Counted from the stretch's first letter, positions 1 to 11,476 are shown. The stretch: DNA of 64,000 nt from Burkholderiales bacterium (GCA_035499005.1 DATJZQ010000064.1:966-64965); one strand, 5' to 3'. Notes: generated from the letters alone by a model not told the origin. Numbers and translations are program-made.

Positions 1-158
1 CACTTGGGGCAGACGTTGAGGGATTTCTCGAGGTCCGCGCGGTACAGCACCGCCTCGCACACCTCGCACTTGATCCAAAGGCCTTCGGGGACAGCTTTCT
101 TCGCCGCACCCGGGCTGCGCTTGATCTTCGGCGGAAGCAGCTTCTGGAGCCAGCTCAC
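1..158 (-). CDS. accD: acetyl-CoA carboxylase carboxyltransferase beta subunit, N-terminal fragment (gene runs off the window start)
   Basis: Reverse-strand translation from GTG at 156-158 reads VSWLQKLLPPKIKRSPGAAKKAVPEGLWIKCEVCEAVLYRADLEKSLNVCPK. This is the AccD N-terminus with its CxxC...CP zinc-ribbon, downstream of trpA as in many proteobacteria. It is truncated, so absent from the ORF track. Confidence 0.8.
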   Translation of the reverse strand, partial: MSWLQKLLPPKIKRSPGAAKKAVPEGLWIKCEVCEAVLYRADLEKSLNVCPK

Positions 159-229
159 GTCACCTCCGGATCTTCAGCCGCCGCTCGCAAGCGGGCGACG
201 ATGCGCGAGACACGCCTCGCGCTCGGCCG

Positions 230-1027
230 TTATTCATCCATGGCGCGGCGAATTTCGCCGACCAGAGTCTTCACGTTGCCGATCAGCGCAGCGGGTGCGG
301 AGCGTTCGATCTCCTGCACCAGCCGGCTGCCGATCACGACTGCATCCGACACTTGCGCGACTGCTTTCGCGGTTTGCGCGTCTCGGATGCCGAAGCCCAC
401 GCCGACCGGCAGCTTGATGTGCGAGCGGATGCGCGGGATCTTGGCGCCCACCTCTTGCACGTCGAGGTTCGCGGCTCCCGTCACGCCCTTCAGCGACACG
501 TAATAAATATAGCCGCTGGCGACGCGGCCCACCTTGTCCATGCGCTGCTCCTCGGTGGTGGGCGAGAGCAGAAAGATGCTGTCGAGCCCGCGCCCGCGCA
601 GCTCTTCGGTCAAATCCTTGCTCTCTTCGGGCGGGTAGTCCACCACCAAGACGCCGTCCACGCCAGCCTGGTGCGCCGAGTGCGCGAACTGCTCGTAGCC
701 CATCGCTTCGATCGGATTGCCGTAGCCCATCAGCACGACCGGAGTGTCCTTGTTCGTCTTGCGGAAACGTGCAACCGCTTCGATCACCTGCTTGAGGCTG
801 GTGTGGTGCTTGAGCGCGCGTTCGCTCGAGCGCTGGTTCACTGGTCCGTCCGCCATCGGATCCGAGAAAGGAACGCCGAGCTCCACGATGTCGGCGCCCG
901 CCTCCACCAGCGCGTGCATGATCGGGACAGTGGATTCCAGGTCAGGATCGCCTGCCGTGAAATACGGAATGAGCGCCTTGCGTTGCGCGGCTTTGAGCTT
1001 GGCGAAGGTGGGGGCGATTCGGGACAT
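230..1027 (-). CDS. trpA: tryptophan synthase alpha chain
   Basis: 265-aa ORF. Contains [27 protein letters not shown] and the C-terminal GFGI...DAVVIGS motifs typical of TrpA. Lies immediately downstream of trpB. Confidence 0.95.
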   Translation of the reverse strand: MSRIAPTFAKLKAAQRKALIPYFTAGDPDLESTVPIMHALVEAGADIVELGVPFSDPMADGPVNQRSSERALKHHTSLKQVIEAVARFRKTNKDTPVVLMGYGNPIEAMGYEQFAHSAHQAGVDGVLVVDYPPEESKDLTEELRGRGLDSIFLLSPTTEEQRMDKVGRVASGYIYYVSLKGVTGAANLDVQEVGAKIPRIRSHIKLPVGVGFGIRDAQTAKAVAQVSDAVVIGSRLVQEIERSAPAALIGNVKTLVGEIRRAMDE

Positions 1028-1038
1028 TGCTTCGCTTA

Positions 1039-1112
1039 CCCCTCACCCCGACCCTCTCCCGCAAGGGGAGAGGGGGTACCTGTCCGTGCTTCTCCTGCAA
1101 GGGGAGAGGGAG
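1039..1112. repeat. REP-like GC-rich hairpin repeat, 1.5 copies (trpA/trpB intergenic)
   Basis: CCCCTCACCCCGACCCTCTCCC-GCAA-GGGGAGAGGG followed by a second partial TTCTCCTGCAAGGGGAGAGGG. Confidence 0.8.
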
Positions 1113-1130
1113 TACTCGTGGCGGGCTCGT

Positions 1131-2351
1131 TCACAGCTTGATCCCCGAATGCTTCGCCACCGTATGCATATCCTTGTCGCCGCGGCCGGAGAGATTGACT
1201 ACGAGCACCTGGTCGCGCTCCATCCCCGGCGCGATCTTCATCGCGTGCGCCAGCGCGTGGCTCGACTCGAGCGCGGGCATGATGCCCTCGAAGCGGCAGA
1301 GCGCGTGGAACGCCTCGAGCGCTTCCTGGTCCGTGGCCGACACGTACTCCGCGCGCCCGCTGTCCTTGAGCCACGCGTGCTCGGGTCCCACGCCGGGATA
1401 ATCGAGCCCGGCCGAGATGGAGTGCGTCTCGATGATCTGGCCGTCCGGATCCTGCAGAAGATAAGTCCGGTTGCCGTGCAGCACGCCCGGGCGGCCCGCG
1501 CACAGCGTCGCGGCGTGATGACCCGTGGCGATGCCCTCGCCCGCCGCTTCGACGCCGATCAGCTCGACGTTCGGATCCTGAATGTAGTGGTAGAAGACGC
1601 CCATCGCGTTCGAGCCGCCGCCCACGCACGCGAGGATCGCGTCCGGCTGGCGTCCGATCGCCTCGGGCATCTGCGTGCGCAGCTCCTTGCCGACGATCGC
1701 GTTGAAGTCGCGCACCATCATCGGATAGGGATGCGGGCCGGCCACGGTGCCGATGATGTAAAAGGTGCTCTCGACGTTGGTGACCCAGTCGCGCATCGCC
1801 TCGTTGAGCGCATCCTTCAGCGTCTTCGACCCGCTCTCGACCGGCACCACGCTCGCGCCCAGCAGCTTCATGCGATAGACATTCATGGCCTGCCGCTGGA
1901 TGTCTTCCGAGCCCATATACACCACGCACTCCATTCCGAAGCGTGCCGCGACGGTGGCTGCAGCGACACCGTGTTGACCGGCGCCGGTCTCGGCGATGAC
2001 GCGCTTCTTGCCCATGCGCCTCGCCAGCAGCCCCTGCCCGATCGTGTTGTTGATCTTGTGCGCGCCGGTGTGGTTCAGGTCCTCGCGCTTGAGCCAGATC
2101 TGCGCGCCGCCCAGATGCTCGGATAAGCGCCTGGCGTGATAAACGGGACTCGGGCGGCCGACGTAGTGCTTGAGCTCCGACGCGAACTCGGCCTGGAATT
2201 CCGCATTACCGCGCGCGCGCAGGTATTCGCGCTTCAGCTCGTCGAGGGCGTGGATCAGCGTTTCGGCGACGAACACGCCGCCGTAGGGACCGAAGTGGCC
2301 GGCGCCGTCGGGCAGGTCGTAGATCTGTCCCGCGTCATACATCTGCATCAC
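1131..2351 (-). CDS. trpB: tryptophan synthase beta chain
   Basis: 406-aa ORF with [29 protein letters not shown] (PLP lysine region) and GGGSNAMG motifs. Exact start among the N-terminal MMQM codons is uncertain. Confidence 0.95.
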   Translation of the reverse strand: MMQMYDAGQIYDLPDGAGHFGPYGGVFVAETLIHALDELKREYLRARGNAEFQAEFASELKHYVGRPSPVYHARRLSEHLGGAQIWLKREDLNHTGAHKINNTIGQGLLARRMGKKRVIAETGAGQHGVAAATVAARFGMECVVYMGSEDIQRQAMNVYRMKLLGASVVPVESGSKTLKDALNEAMRDWVTNVESTFYIIGTVAGPHPYPMMVRDFNAIVGKELRTQMPEAIGRQPDAILACVGGGSNAMGVFYHYIQDPNVELIGVEAAGEGIATGHHAATLCAGRPGVLHGNRTYLLQDPDGQIIETHSISAGLDYPGVGPEHAWLKDSGRAEYVSATDQEALEAFHALCRFEGIMPALESSHALAHAMKIAPGMERDQVLVVNLSGRGDKDMHTVAKHSGIKL

Positions 2352-2958
2352 GCACTCCTCGCATGAACGCGGCGATTTTGGCGGCGTCCTTGATGCCCTT
2401 CTCGCGCTCGACGCCGCTGCTCACGTCGACTGCCCACGGGCGCACCGCCCGGATCGCGTCGCCGACGTTGGCGGCGGTGAGGCCGCCTGCGAGCACCACC
2501 GGCAGCGGGAGCTCGCGCGGGATCAGCCCCCAGTCGAAGGAGCGCCCGGTGCCGCCATGAGCGCGCTCGTCGTAGGCGTCCAGAAGCAGCCCCTTGGCCG
2601 AGCGGTAAACGGCAGCGCATTGTAGCAAATCCGTTCCTGCGGCCACCCTGACGCCCTTGATGTACGGCAGGCCGAAGCGAGCGCACACCTCGGGCGCCTC
2701 CGCACCGTGAAACTGCAGCAGGTTGAGCGGCACCTCGCGCACGACGCGCGACACGTCTTCGGGCGGCTGGTCCACGAACAATCCGACCACGGTGACAAAC
2801 GGGGGCAACCGCTCGGCGATCTCGCGCGCCCGCGCGGTGTCGATGCAGCGCGGGCTGCCCGGATAGAACACCAGCCCGATGGCATGCGCGCCGGCGCGGG
2901 CGGCCGCGAGGCCGTCCTCGATGCGGGTGATGCCGCAGATTTTGACCGCGGTGGGCAT
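2335..2958 (-). CDS. trpF: phosphoribosylanthranilate isomerase
   Basis: 207-aa ORF starting [19 protein letters not shown], with a LAGGL...NV C-terminal region. Overlaps the trpB start by 17 nt. Confidence 0.9.
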   Translation of the reverse strand: MPTAVKICGITRIEDGLAAARAGAHAIGLVFYPGSPRCIDTARAREIAERLPPFVTVVGLFVDQPPEDVSRVVREVPLNLLQFHGAEAPEVCARFGLPYIKGVRVAAGTDLLQCAAVYRSAKGLLLDAYDERAHGGTGRSFDWGLIPRELPLPVVLAGGLTAANVGDAIRAVRPWAVDVSSGVEREKGIKDAAKIAAFMRGVRDADV

Positions 2959-2962
2959 GGGA

Positions 2963-3781
2963 TCAGGACAAGGCGCTCGCGGCGAAGCCGGCGCTCAGCA
3001 GCATCTCGGCCGGCGTGCGCGCATGCGGCGGGGGCAGGCCCCAGGCCGCGTCATATTCTACTGCGGTGAGGTAGAGGCCATCCGGTGCGAACGTCGGCGC
3101 GGCCTGGCTGCGGTCGCGGCTCTCGAGCACCTGCTCGAGCCACTGCGGCGCGCGAGTTCCATCTCCGATCTTCACCAGGCAGCCGACGATGTTCCGGACC
3201 ATGTGGTGCAGGAACGCATCGGCGGTGAACTGGAACAGCACCAGCTGCCCGAAGCGCTCGATGGTCGCACGGCGCAGCTCCTTCACCGGCGAAATGGCCT
3301 GGCATTCGGCGGCGCGAAACGCGCTGAAGTCGTGCGTTCCGAGCAGGAGCTCGACGGCCTCGCGCATCGGATCCAGCTCGAGCGGCCGGTGGTGCCAGCC
3401 GACGCGAGAGTGCTGCACGCCGGGACGCTCGGGGCGGTTGAGCAGGACGTAGGCGTAGCTGCGCGCGGTGGCGCGGTTGCGCGCGTGAAATTCGTCGCTC
3501 ACCGTGCGCGCCCACTGTACCGCGATGTGTTTGGACAGCAGCGTGTTGACGCCGCGCACCCAGGCGCTCAGCGGCCGATCGGCGGAGGTGTCGAAATGGA
3601 CGACCTGCCCGAGTGCGTGCACGCCGGCGTCCGTGCGGCCCGCGCACTGCGACTGCACCGCGTGCGCGGCGATCCCGGACAACGCCGCGTCCACCGCGTC
3701 CTGCACGGCGCAGCCGCTCGGCTGCGTCTGCCACCCGCAGAACGCGCTGCCGTCGTATTCGATTCCCAGAGCAATGCGCAT
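2963..3781 (-). CDS. truA: tRNA pseudouridine(38-40) synthase
   Basis: 272-aa ORF starting MRIALGIEYDGSAFCGWQ, with the AGRTDAGVHA catalytic Asp motif. Sits in the conserved fimV-truA-trpF position. Confidence 0.9.
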   Translation of the reverse strand: MRIALGIEYDGSAFCGWQTQPSGCAVQDAVDAALSGIAAHAVQSQCAGRTDAGVHALGQVVHFDTSADRPLSAWVRGVNTLLSKHIAVQWARTVSDEFHARNRATARSYAYVLLNRPERPGVQHSRVGWHHRPLELDPMREAVELLLGTHDFSAFRAAECQAISPVKELRRATIERFGQLVLFQFTADAFLHHMVRNIVGCLVKIGDGTRAPQWLEQVLESRDRSQAAPTFAPDGLYLTAVEYDAAWGLPPPHARTPAEMLLSAGFAASALS

Positions 3782-3862
3782 TCGTTCGTTGTGATCGAAG
3801 AAACAAAATGGGCGCGGTCTCCCGCGCCCATGGCTTCGAGTCCGGTCAGGTGAGAGTCTAAC

Positions 3863-6769
3863 TCACAGCGTCTCCAGGACTTTGTTGGCGGCCGCCTTCT
3901 GCTCGGCGTCGCCCTCGGCCAGCACTTCGCGCAGGATCTCCTTCGCCCCTTCCTTGTCGCCCATTTCCTGATAGGCCTTGGCGAGATCGAATTTGGTCTG
4001 CACGTCGTACCACTTGTCGTCCTTGCCCCCGACCTCCGCTTCCTGCGCGCCGCCCACGCCGCCCAGGTCGAGGTTGATGTTGGACAGATCGAGGTCCGGC
4101 ATGGATGCGGTCGGCGCACCCAGGTCGAGCACCGGCTCGGGCTTGCCGCCCGCGTCGATCTTGTCGACGTCGAAGTCGACGCCGCCGGCGCTCGTCCCAA
4201 CCGTTGCGGTGTCGTCGAGCTTGAGGTCGAAGTCGACGGAGTTCACATTGGTCATCTGCGCCTGAGCCGTGTCATCGCCGGCCGGCGGCAGCTCGAGGTT
4301 GAAGTCCATGACCGGCGTCTGTGACGTGCGATCCACGCCCAGGGTGGCCAGCGTATTCAGATCGCTGGCTGGCCCAGCCGTCGGCCGGCCCAGGCTGTCG
4401 AGGTCGAGATCCACCGGTGTCGCGTTCACCGCCGCGCTCAGGTTGCCGAGATCGATGTCGGTCCTCGTGCCCGGCTGCTGCCCGTCGTCGATGCTCACGT
4501 TGAGATCGAGACGGTCCGCGGTCGCCGTGGCGGCGGCGCTGGTCGCGAAGCGCCGTCCGAAGCCAGCGTCGATGTCGGTGAGCGTCCCGATTTCCGGTGA
4601 AGGCTCGAGCGAGTCGATCTGGATGTCGAGCGTGTGGTTTGCGGCGGGTGCCGCGGCAGCCGCCGCAGCCGCGGCCTCGTCGGCGCTGGGCTTGCCCGCG
4701 GCGTAACGCGTGTTACCGGGCTCTAGCTGATAACCGAGGCGAGCCGCCTGCGTCCAGATCTCGCCCGCTCCGCCGGTCAGCGCCTGGAGCTCACGCGCAG
4801 CGGTGTCGAAAGCGCCGACATCTTTACGTTTGGCGAAGATCTCGAGCAGCTTCAGGTGGATCTCGGGCCGCCGGGGCTGGGCCTGCAGGGCTTCCTTCAG
4901 GATCTCCTCGGCCTGGCCATCGCGCCCGTAGGCGAGGTAGATCTCGGCTTCGGCGAGCGGATCGACCTCTTCGGAGGCTGGAGCGGGGGCTCCAGCGGGA
5001 CGGGCGGGGGCCGCCGGCTCGATACTTTCGCTCGGAGCGGCCGGAAAGTCGCTTATGTCAGAAGTTTTTTTTTCTGCCCCGAAGTCCGCCGCGGCACGTC
5101 GGCCGCGGATGAAGCGATAACCGAGGAAGCCGAGGATCAGCGCGATGATCGCGCCGCCGCCCATGAGGTAGGTCGGCTCCTCCAGCAACTCATCGAGGAA
5201 GCTCGGCGGCGGCGGGGGTGGCGCGACCACCTTGGGCTTGGGTTTCGGCTGAACGGCTGCGGCACCAGGCTGCGTGCCCGAGGCGGCCATGGGGCCGGGC
5301 GCGGGCGTGACAGGCGGCGGCGCGATCGCCGGACCAGGCGGCGGCGGTGGCGCCATAGCAGGAGCAGGTTCGGGATGCGCCGGCGGAGTGGTGGCGGCCG
5401 TCGAGGCGCTGGGCGGTGGCGCCGGCGGCATCTTGGTGGCGGACGGCGGCGGCACCGGTGCGGGTTGCGGTGGAGCGGCTGCCTGCTTCTGCTGCAGGTC
5501 GGCCATCGGCTTGCTCTTCACGTCGAGCAGGCTCTGCATGTCCCGGACGGTTTTCTCGAGCTTGGCGATGCGGTCGTTCGCGTCGCGGATCGTCCGGTCG
5601 CGCGCCGCGACTTCCTCTTCGAGGCTGCGCACGCGCTGCTGGGTAGACGCGGCGCCGGCCCCGTCACCCTTCGACAGCTTCAGGACTTCCTTCGGCTCTC
5701 CCGCGGGCGGCGTGGCCTTCTCCGTGGGCGGGCCGGTGACCTTGCCACCCGTCGCCTGCTCTTCGGGTGCGGGCATGGCGGCGCCGGCAGCGGCTGCCAG
5801 GCGCTCGCGATAGGCTCTGAAATCGGCGACCTGCACGCGCACCTGCTTGCGCGCTTCCTTCTGCGGAATGGCGGCCGCTTCGGACTGATCCGGGATAGAG
5901 AGAATCTTGCCGGTCTTCATCCGGTTCATGTTCTTGCCCGAGAACGCATCCGGATTGCTGCGGAAAAGCAGGACCAGCATCTGATCCAGCGACACTTCCT
6001 CGGACTTGTTCTGCTTCGCGATCTTGGACAGCGTGTCGCCGTACTTGACCGTATAGCTTCCAGCTTCCTTGGCTGCGGCCGGCGCTTTGGGCGGCATTCC
6101 CGCTTCAGCTGGAGGCGCGGCGGGCGTTGCAGCGGTGGCGGGCTGCCCCTCGCCGGCAGGTGGCAGCGGCTCGGCAGGCATGGGCTCTGCCGGCGGCGCG
6201 GGCGCGGCGGCCACTTCCGCGGGCGGAGGCGCCTCAGGCGGCGGCAGCTGCATCTCGCTGCCCATGCGCGTCTCTATCTCAGGCGCTGGCGCAGGAGCCG
6301 GCTTGGCCGCGGGCGGAGCCGCAGCCGCGGCGGCTGCGGGCGCCTCTGCGGGCGGAGGCGCCGCTGCGAGCCCCGGGGGGTCGAGCAGCGCAGTGTAGGC
6401 ACGCACGATCTTGCCGCCTCGCCAGTTCAGCTCGATCAGCAGATCGATGAACGGCTCGGGCACGGGCTGCTGCGTGGTGACCTTGATGAAGCTCTCGCCG
6501 CTCGGGCGCTTGTCGAGCGCCATCTGGAGGCCGAGCGCGACGGGCGGATACGGGAGGCTCGACTGGATGTAAGCGTCGGGCGAGGCAAGGCGGGCGTTCA
6601 GCGTATCGAGTTCGCCCTTCTCGGGCGCCACCACGTCGATCTCGGCGCGCAGCGGCTCACCCAGATGAGAGAGAACCGTCAGCTTGCCCAGCCCCGCAGC
6701 GTCGGCGACGCCGGCGACTACCAACAGCGCGGCTGCGATGATTGAGGCTCGAAGAGACGTTTTGCCCAC
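3863..6769 (-). CDS. fimV: FimV/HubP-family peptidoglycan-binding protein (LysM domain, long Ala/Pro-rich spacers, C-terminal FimV TPR-like motif)
   Basis: N-terminal signal/anchor plus LGKLTVLSHLGEPLRAEIDV (FimV N-domain). LysM segment YTVKYGDTLSKIAKQN, a single TM helix, and C-terminal DLAKAYQEMGDKEGAKEILREVL. Start set at GTG 6769, preceded by GAGGG; the track ORF extends to a TTG at 6799. Confidence 0.8.
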   Translation of the reverse strand: MGKTSLRASIIAAALLVVAGVADAAGLGKLTVLSHLGEPLRAEIDVVAPEKGELDTLNARLASPDAYIQSSLPYPPVALGLQMALDKRPSGESFIKVTTQQPVPEPFIDLLIELNWRGGKIVRAYTALLDPPGLAAAPPPAEAPAAAAAAAPPAAKPAPAPAPEIETRMGSEMQLPPPEAPPPAEVAAAPAPPAEPMPAEPLPPAGEGQPATAATPAAPPAEAGMPPKAPAAAKEAGSYTVKYGDTLSKIAKQNKSEEVSLDQMLVLLFRSNPDAFSGKNMNRMKTGKILSIPDQSEAAAIPQKEARKQVRVQVADFRAYRERLAAAAGAAMPAPEEQATGGKVTGPPTEKATPPAGEPKEVLKLSKGDGAGAASTQQRVRSLEEEVAARDRTIRDANDRIAKLEKTVRDMQSLLDVKSKPMADLQQKQAAAPPQPAPVPPPSATKMPPAPPPSASTAATTPPAHPEPAPAMAPPPPPGPAIAPPPVTPAPGPMAASGTQPGAAAVQPKPKPKVVAPPPPPPSFLDELLEEPTYLMGGGAIIALILGFLGYRFIRGRRAAADFGAEKKTSDISDFPAAPSESIEPAAPARPAGAPAPASEEVDPLAEAEIYLAYGRDGQAEEILKEALQAQPRRPEIHLKLLEIFAKRKDVGAFDTAARELQALTGGAGEIWTQAARLGYQLEPGNTRYAAGKPSADEAAAAAAAAAPAANHTLDIQIDSLEPSPEIGTLTDIDAGFGRRFATSAAATATADRLDLNVSIDDGQQPGTRTDIDLGNLSAAVNATPVDLDLDSLGRPTAGPASDLNTLATLGVDRTSQTPVMDFNLELPPAGDDTAQAQMTNVNSVDFDLKLDDTATVGTSAGGVDFDVDKIDAGGKPEPVLDLGAPTASMPDLDLSNINLDLGGVGGAQEAEVGGKDDKWYDVQTKFDLAKAYQEMGDKEGAKEILREVLAEGDAEQKAAANKVLETL

Positions 6770-7088
6770 AGCGCCACCCTCGTTATGACTGCTCAACAAA
6801 TAAAAATAACATCATGTATTTACTGATGCAAGCTAAACTTGCCTCTCAATATCGTCCCGGTGAGGCCGTTTTTCAGCGGCCGCGGGATGCGGCAGCGGGC
6901 CGCGCGTTGCGACAGTCGCTTGGATCGCTTTGCTCGTCCGTTCCATCAACAGTCCCGGCCTAAGCAAAAGTCTCGCCTGCTTTAACAATTGCGAGGACGG
7001 CGAGCATGCCACACGCCCTCGCGCAGAGGTAAAAATGCGCCTCGCGCTGAGCGGGCGAGCAGCGGGTTGTGGTGAGTTGCGCCTGCCT

Positions 7089-8201
7089 TCAGCGCTCGAG
7101 CAGGATGCGCAACATGCGGCGCAGCGGCTCGGCTGCGCCCCACAGGAGCTGATCGCCCACGGTGAACGCAGCGAGGTACTGGCCGCCCATGGGCAGCTTG
7201 CGCAGCCTGCCGATGTGCACCTGCAGGCTGCCCGACACATGGGCCGGTGTGAGATTGTCGAGGCTGGCCTCACGCACGTTAGGTACTACCTTCACCCAGT
7301 CGTTCGCGCCCGCGAGCAACGATTCGACCTCGGGTAACGGCACGTCGCGGGTGAGCTTGATGGTGAGGGCCTGGCTGTGGCAGCGCATCGCGCTGATGCG
7401 CACGCAGATGCCGTCGAACGGAATCGGATCGGCCTCGCGCCCGAGGATCTTGTTGCCCTCGGCCTGCGCCTTCCACTCCTCGCGGCTCTGGCCGGTGCCG
7501 AGATCCTTGTCGATCCACGGCAGCGCGCTGCCCGCCAGCGCCTGGCCGAAGTGCTCGACCGGAAGCTTGGGGCCGCGGAGCGCGCCCGACACGGCGCGGT
7601 CGATGTCGAGAATCGACGAGGCCGGGTCTTCCAGCAGGCGGGCCGCAGCCGCATACGCGACGCCCATCTGCGCGACCAGCTCGCGCATGTGCTGCGCACC
7701 CGCGCCTGAAGCGGCCTGGTAGGTCATCGCCGTAACCCACTCGACCAGCCCTGCCTTCAGCAGTCCATGCACGCCCATCAACATCAAGCTGACGGTGCAG
7801 TTGCCGCCGATGTAGTTCTTCACACCGCGCGCCAGCGCGCGGTCGATCACGGCGCGGTTCACGGGATCGAGAATGATCGTCGCGTCGGGCTGCATGCGCA
7901 GTGTCGAGGCCGCGTCGATCCAGTAGCCACTCCAGCCCTCGGCGCGCAGCTTGGGATAGATCTCGCTCGTGTAATCGCCGCCTTGGGAGGAGATCAGCAC
8001 CTGCATCGCCTTGAGCTCCCCAAGGCTGTGCGCATCCTTGAGCGGCGGCACGGCCTTCCCGACCTCCGGGGCCTTGCCGCCGGCCTGCGACGTGGTGAAA
8101 AACACCGGCTCGATGTGCTCGAAGTCGTGCTCGGCGCGCATGCGCTCGACCAGCACCGAGCCCACCATACCGCGCCAGCCGATGAAACCGACCCGCATCA
8201 C
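7089..8201 (-). CDS. asd: aspartate-semialdehyde dehydrogenase
   Basis: 370-aa ORF with [17 protein letters not shown]-terminus and the [11 protein letters not shown] active-site Cys motif. Confidence 0.95.
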   Translation of the reverse strand: MMRVGFIGWRGMVGSVLVERMRAEHDFEHIEPVFFTTSQAGGKAPEVGKAVPPLKDAHSLGELKAMQVLISSQGGDYTSEIYPKLRAEGWSGYWIDAASTLRMQPDATIILDPVNRAVIDRALARGVKNYIGGNCTVSLMLMGVHGLLKAGLVEWVTAMTYQAASGAGAQHMRELVAQMGVAYAAAARLLEDPASSILDIDRAVSGALRGPKLPVEHFGQALAGSALPWIDKDLGTGQSREEWKAQAEGNKILGREADPIPFDGICVRISAMRCHSQALTIKLTRDVPLPEVESLLAGANDWVKVVPNVREASLDNLTPAHVSGSLQVHIGRLRKLPMGGQYLAAFTVGDQLLWGAAEPLRRMLRILLER

Positions 8202-8223
8202 CGCTCGCTCTCCATTCGCAGGC

Positions 8224-9297
8224 TCATCGATGCGCGAGCGCGGCGATCACCGCGTCGCCCATCTCGCGCGTCCCGACCTTGGTGCAACCCGGCTCGTAGA
8301 TGTCAGCGGTGCGCACCTTGTTGGCCAGCACGCGCTTCACCGCGTGCTCGATGCGCGCGGCAGCCTGCTCCTGATTGAACGTGTAGCGGAGCATCATGGC
8401 CGTCGACAAGATCGTCGCCAGCGGATTCGCGACCTGCTTGCCCGCCAGATCCGGCGCGGAACCGTGAATCGGCTCGTACAAGCCCTTGTTGTCTGCGTCC
8501 AGCGAAGCCGAGGGCAGCATGCCGATCGAGCCGGTCAGCATCGAGGCCTGATCGGACAGGATGTCGCCAAACATGTTGCCGGTGACGATGACGTCGAACT
8601 GGCGCGGCGCGCGCACGAGCTGCATCGCGGCGTTGTCTACGTACATGTGCGAGAGCTCGACATCGGGATAGTCTCTTCCGACTTCGGTCATGACTTCGCG
8701 CCACAGGATACTGGTGTCGAGGACGTTGGCCTTGTCCACCGAGCAGAGCTTCCGCGAGCGCTTGCGCGCGGTGCGGAAGCCGACGTGGCCGATGCGGCGG
8801 ATCTCAGACTCGCTGTACAGCATGGTGTCGAACGCTTCGCGCTCGCCCGCCGCGGTCTGGCGCCGGCCGCGCGGCTGCCCGAAGTAGATGTCGCCCGTCA
8901 GCTCCCGCAGGATCATGAGGTCGAGGCCCGCCACCACGTCGGCTTTGAGGGTGGATGCCCCGGCCAGCTCGGGGTAGAGCACCGCCGGGCGCAGGTTGGC
9001 GAAGAGACCCAATTCCTTGCGAATGCGCAGCAGGCCCTGCTCCGGGCGCATGGCCCGCGGCAGCGTGTCGTATTTCGGCCCGCCGACGGCGCCGAACAAC
9101 ACGGCGTCGGCTTTGCGAGCAAGCTCCAACGTCGCCGCTGGGAGTGGATCGCCGGCGGCGTCGTATCCCGCGCCGCCGATCGTTGCTTGCTCGAGCTCGA
9201 TCTTCAGGCCGTCGCTGCGCAGCGCGTCGAGCACGCGCACCGCCTGGCCCATGATCTCGGGGCCGATGCCATCGCCTGGCAAGACTGCAATTTTCAT
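8224..9297 (-). CDS. leuB: 3-isopropylmalate dehydrogenase
   Basis: 357-aa ORF starting [15 protein letters not shown], with NMFGDILSD and GSAPDLAGK motifs. Confidence 0.95.
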   Translation of the reverse strand: MKIAVLPGDGIGPEIMGQAVRVLDALRSDGLKIELEQATIGGAGYDAAGDPLPAATLELARKADAVLFGAVGGPKYDTLPRAMRPEQGLLRIRKELGLFANLRPAVLYPELAGASTLKADVVAGLDLMILRELTGDIYFGQPRGRRQTAAGEREAFDTMLYSESEIRRIGHVGFRTARKRSRKLCSVDKANVLDTSILWREVMTEVGRDYPDVELSHMYVDNAAMQLVRAPRQFDVIVTGNMFGDILSDQASMLTGSIGMLPSASLDADNKGLYEPIHGSAPDLAGKQVANPLATILSTAMMLRYTFNQEQAAARIEHAVKRVLANKVRTADIYEPGCTKVGTREMGDAVIAALAHR

Positions 9298-9322
9298 TTT
9301 CTATCCGGAAACAGATCGGCGC

Positions 9323-9365
9323 GGTGAGGGGGTAACCCTTCACCCTTCACGCCGTGACCCTTCAC
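9323..9365. repeat. GGTGA(A/G)GG / CCTTCAC short-repeat cluster (leuB/leuD intergenic)
   Basis: GGTGAGGGGGTAACCCTTCACCCTTCACGCCGTGACCCTTCAC: one GGTGAGGG unit facing three CCCTTCAC units. Confidence 0.7.
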
Positions 9366-9367
9366 AT

Positions 9368-10006
9368 TCAGGTGAACAGCCAAGGCTGCTCGGCCTTGCG
9401 CTTCGCCTCGAAGGCGCGGATCGCGTCGGCGTGAGTCAGCGTGAGCCCGATTTCGTCCAGGCCCTGCAGCAGGCGGTGCTTGTGGAACGGATCGATGTCG
9501 AAGCGGAACACGTGCCCCGTCGGAGTGGTCACCGTCTGGGCTTCGAGGTCGATCTTGACGCGATAACCTTGCATCGCCTCGACTTCGTGGAACAGGCGGT
9601 CGACTGTATCGGCGTCCAGCACGATCGGCAGCAGACCATTGTTGCAGCAGTTGGAGTAGAAGATGTCGGCATAGCTCGGCGCGATCAGCGCACGCAACCC
9701 GTAGTCGAGCAGCGCCCACGGTGCGTGCTCGCGCGACGAGCCGCAGCCGAAGTTCGTACGGGCGAGCAGCACCTGCGCGCCCTGATAGCGCGGCAGGTTC
9801 AACACGAAGTTGGGATTGGGCGAACGCTTCGATCGGTCCTTTCCAGGCTCGCCGGGATCCAGGTAGCGCCAGGCGTCGAACAGGTTCACCCCGAAGCCGC
9901 TGCGCTTGATCGACTTCAGAAACTGCTTGGGGATGATGGCGTCGGTGTCGACGTTGGCCCGGTCGAGCGGGACCACTAACCCTTCCAGCCGCACGAATTT
10001 TTCCAT
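9368..10006 (-). CDS. leuD: 3-isopropylmalate dehydratase small subunit
   Basis: 212-aa ORF with [20 protein letters not shown] and [13 protein letters not shown] motifs. Confidence 0.95.
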   Translation of the reverse strand: MEKFVRLEGLVVPLDRANVDTDAIIPKQFLKSIKRSGFGVNLFDAWRYLDPGEPGKDRSKRSPNPNFVLNLPRYQGAQVLLARTNFGCGSSREHAPWALLDYGLRALIAPSYADIFYSNCCNNGLLPIVLDADTVDRLFHEVEAMQGYRVKIDLEAQTVTTPTGHVFRFDIDPFHKHRLLQGLDEIGLTLTHADAIRAFEAKRKAEQPWLFT

Positions 10007-10014
10007 CTATCGCC

Positions 10015-11427
10015 TCACATGCTCCGCACGTCGACGAAGCGGCCCGCGATGGCGGCCGCGGCGGCCATCGCCGGGCTTACCAGATGCGTACGTCCGCCCG
10101 CGCCCTGCCGCCCCTCGAAGTTGCGATTCGAGGTCGATGCGCAGCGCTCGCCCGGCTCGAGGCGATCGTCGTTCATCGCGAGGCACATCGAGCAGCCCGG
10201 CTCGCGCCACTCGAAGCCGGCGCTGCGGAAAACGCGGTCCAGCCCTTCGGCTTCGGCCTGGCGCTTGACCGGCCCGGAGCCGGGCACGATCAGCGCGAGC
10301 TTCACGTTGGCCGCAACCTGCCGCCCGTTGACGATTTCAGCCGCGGCGCGCAGGTCTTCGATGCGCGAGTTGGTGCACGAGCCGATGAACACCTTGTCGA
10401 TGCGGATGTCCGTGATCGGCGTGTTGGGTGCGAGCCCCATGTACTGCAGCGCGCGCTCCACCGCTTCGCGCTTGATGGGATCGGCGATCCTGGCCGGGTC
10501 GGGCACCTTGCCGTCGATCGCATCCACCATCTCGGGCGACGTGCCCCAGGTGACCTGCGGCTTGATCTCAGCCGCAGCGAGCTGCACGACGCGGTCGAAC
10601 TTCGCGCCCGGGTCGCTCTTGAGCGTGCGCCAGTAGGCAACGGCCCGATCCCACAGATCCGCCTTTGGCGCGAAGGGGCGGCCCCGGATGTACTGGATGG
10701 TGGTGTCGTCGACCGCGACCATGCCCGCGCGCGCACCCGCCTCGATCGCCATGTTGCACAGGGTCATGCGCCCTTCCATCGACAGCGCGGCGATGGCGCT
10801 GCCGGTGAACTCGACCGCGCTGCCGGTACCGCCGGCGGTCCCGATGCGGCCGATCAAGGCCAGCGCGATATCCTTCGCAGTCACGCCGCGCGGGAGCCGG
10901 CCCTCGACCTCCACCCGCATGGCCTTCGCCTTGTTCTGCACCAGGCACTGCGTGGCGAGCACATGTTCCACTTCGGACGTGCCGATCCCCCAGGCGAGGC
11001 AGGCGAATGCGCCGTGGGTGCTGGTGTGCGAGTCGCCGCACACCACGGTCATGCCGGGCAGTGTGGCCCCCTGCTCCGGCCCGATCACGTGCACGATGCC
11101 CTGCTGCTTGTCGAGGAACGGGAAGTACGCCTTGGCGCCGAATTGGCGGATGTTGGCGTCCAGCGTCTCGACCTGAGTGCGAGAGATGGGGTCGCGGATG
11201 CCCTGGTCCCAATTGCGAGTGGGCGTGTTGTGATCGGCTGTAGCCACGATCGATTCCACCCGCCACGGCGCGCGGCCCGCCAGCTTGAGCCCCTCGTACG
11301 CCTGCGGGCTGGTGACTTCGTGCACCAGGTGCCGGTCGATGTACAGGAGCGCTGCGCCGCTCGGCTCCTCGTGCACAACGTGGGTATTCCAGAGTTTGTC
11401 GTACAGCGTCTGCGGATTCATGCCCAA
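10015..11427 (-). CDS. leuC: 3-isopropylmalate dehydratase large subunit
   Basis: 470-aa ORF with [26 protein letters not shown]-like and [12 protein letters not shown] / CSMCLAMN Fe-S ligand motifs. Confidence 0.95.
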   Translation of the reverse strand: MGMNPQTLYDKLWNTHVVHEEPSGAALLYIDRHLVHEVTSPQAYEGLKLAGRAPWRVESIVATADHNTPTRNWDQGIRDPISRTQVETLDANIRQFGAKAYFPFLDKQQGIVHVIGPEQGATLPGMTVVCGDSHTSTHGAFACLAWGIGTSEVEHVLATQCLVQNKAKAMRVEVEGRLPRGVTAKDIALALIGRIGTAGGTGSAVEFTGSAIAALSMEGRMTLCNMAIEAGARAGMVAVDDTTIQYIRGRPFAPKADLWDRAVAYWRTLKSDPGAKFDRVVQLAAAEIKPQVTWGTSPEMVDAIDGKVPDPARIADPIKREAVERALQYMGLAPNTPITDIRIDKVFIGSCTNSRIEDLRAAAEIVNGRQVAANVKLALIVPGSGPVKRQAEAEGLDRVFRSAGFEWREPGCSMCLAMNDDRLEPGERCASTSNRNFEGRQGAGGRTHLVSPAMAAAAAIAGRFVDVRSM

Positions 11428-11476
11428 AATTATCGCACAGCGCCCAAGCCCCCAGTAGCTGCGCGTCGCATGGACC

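Noticed and set aside
744-2126. 460-aa plus-strand ORF (and 1036..1929 minus-strand alternative frame) across trpA/trpB
   Set aside because: It is antisense or out of frame to unmistakable TrpA and TrpB coding sequence. Its Arg/Ala/Leu-rich, domain-free translation is typical of high-GC open frames.
5200-6400. GC-rich periodic GCN/CCN tracts that look like tandem DNA repeats or a VNTR
   Set aside because: They are the coding image of the Ala/Pro-rich low-complexity spacers of FimV. No clean repeat unit or copy structure could be defined by eye.
4856-6745. 629-aa plus-strand ORF plus several 60-180-aa ORFs inside the fimV region
   Set aside because: All lie antisense or out of frame to fimV and translate to Arg/Gly-rich low-complexity sequence. 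The Ala/Pro-rich fimV spacers keep every frame open.
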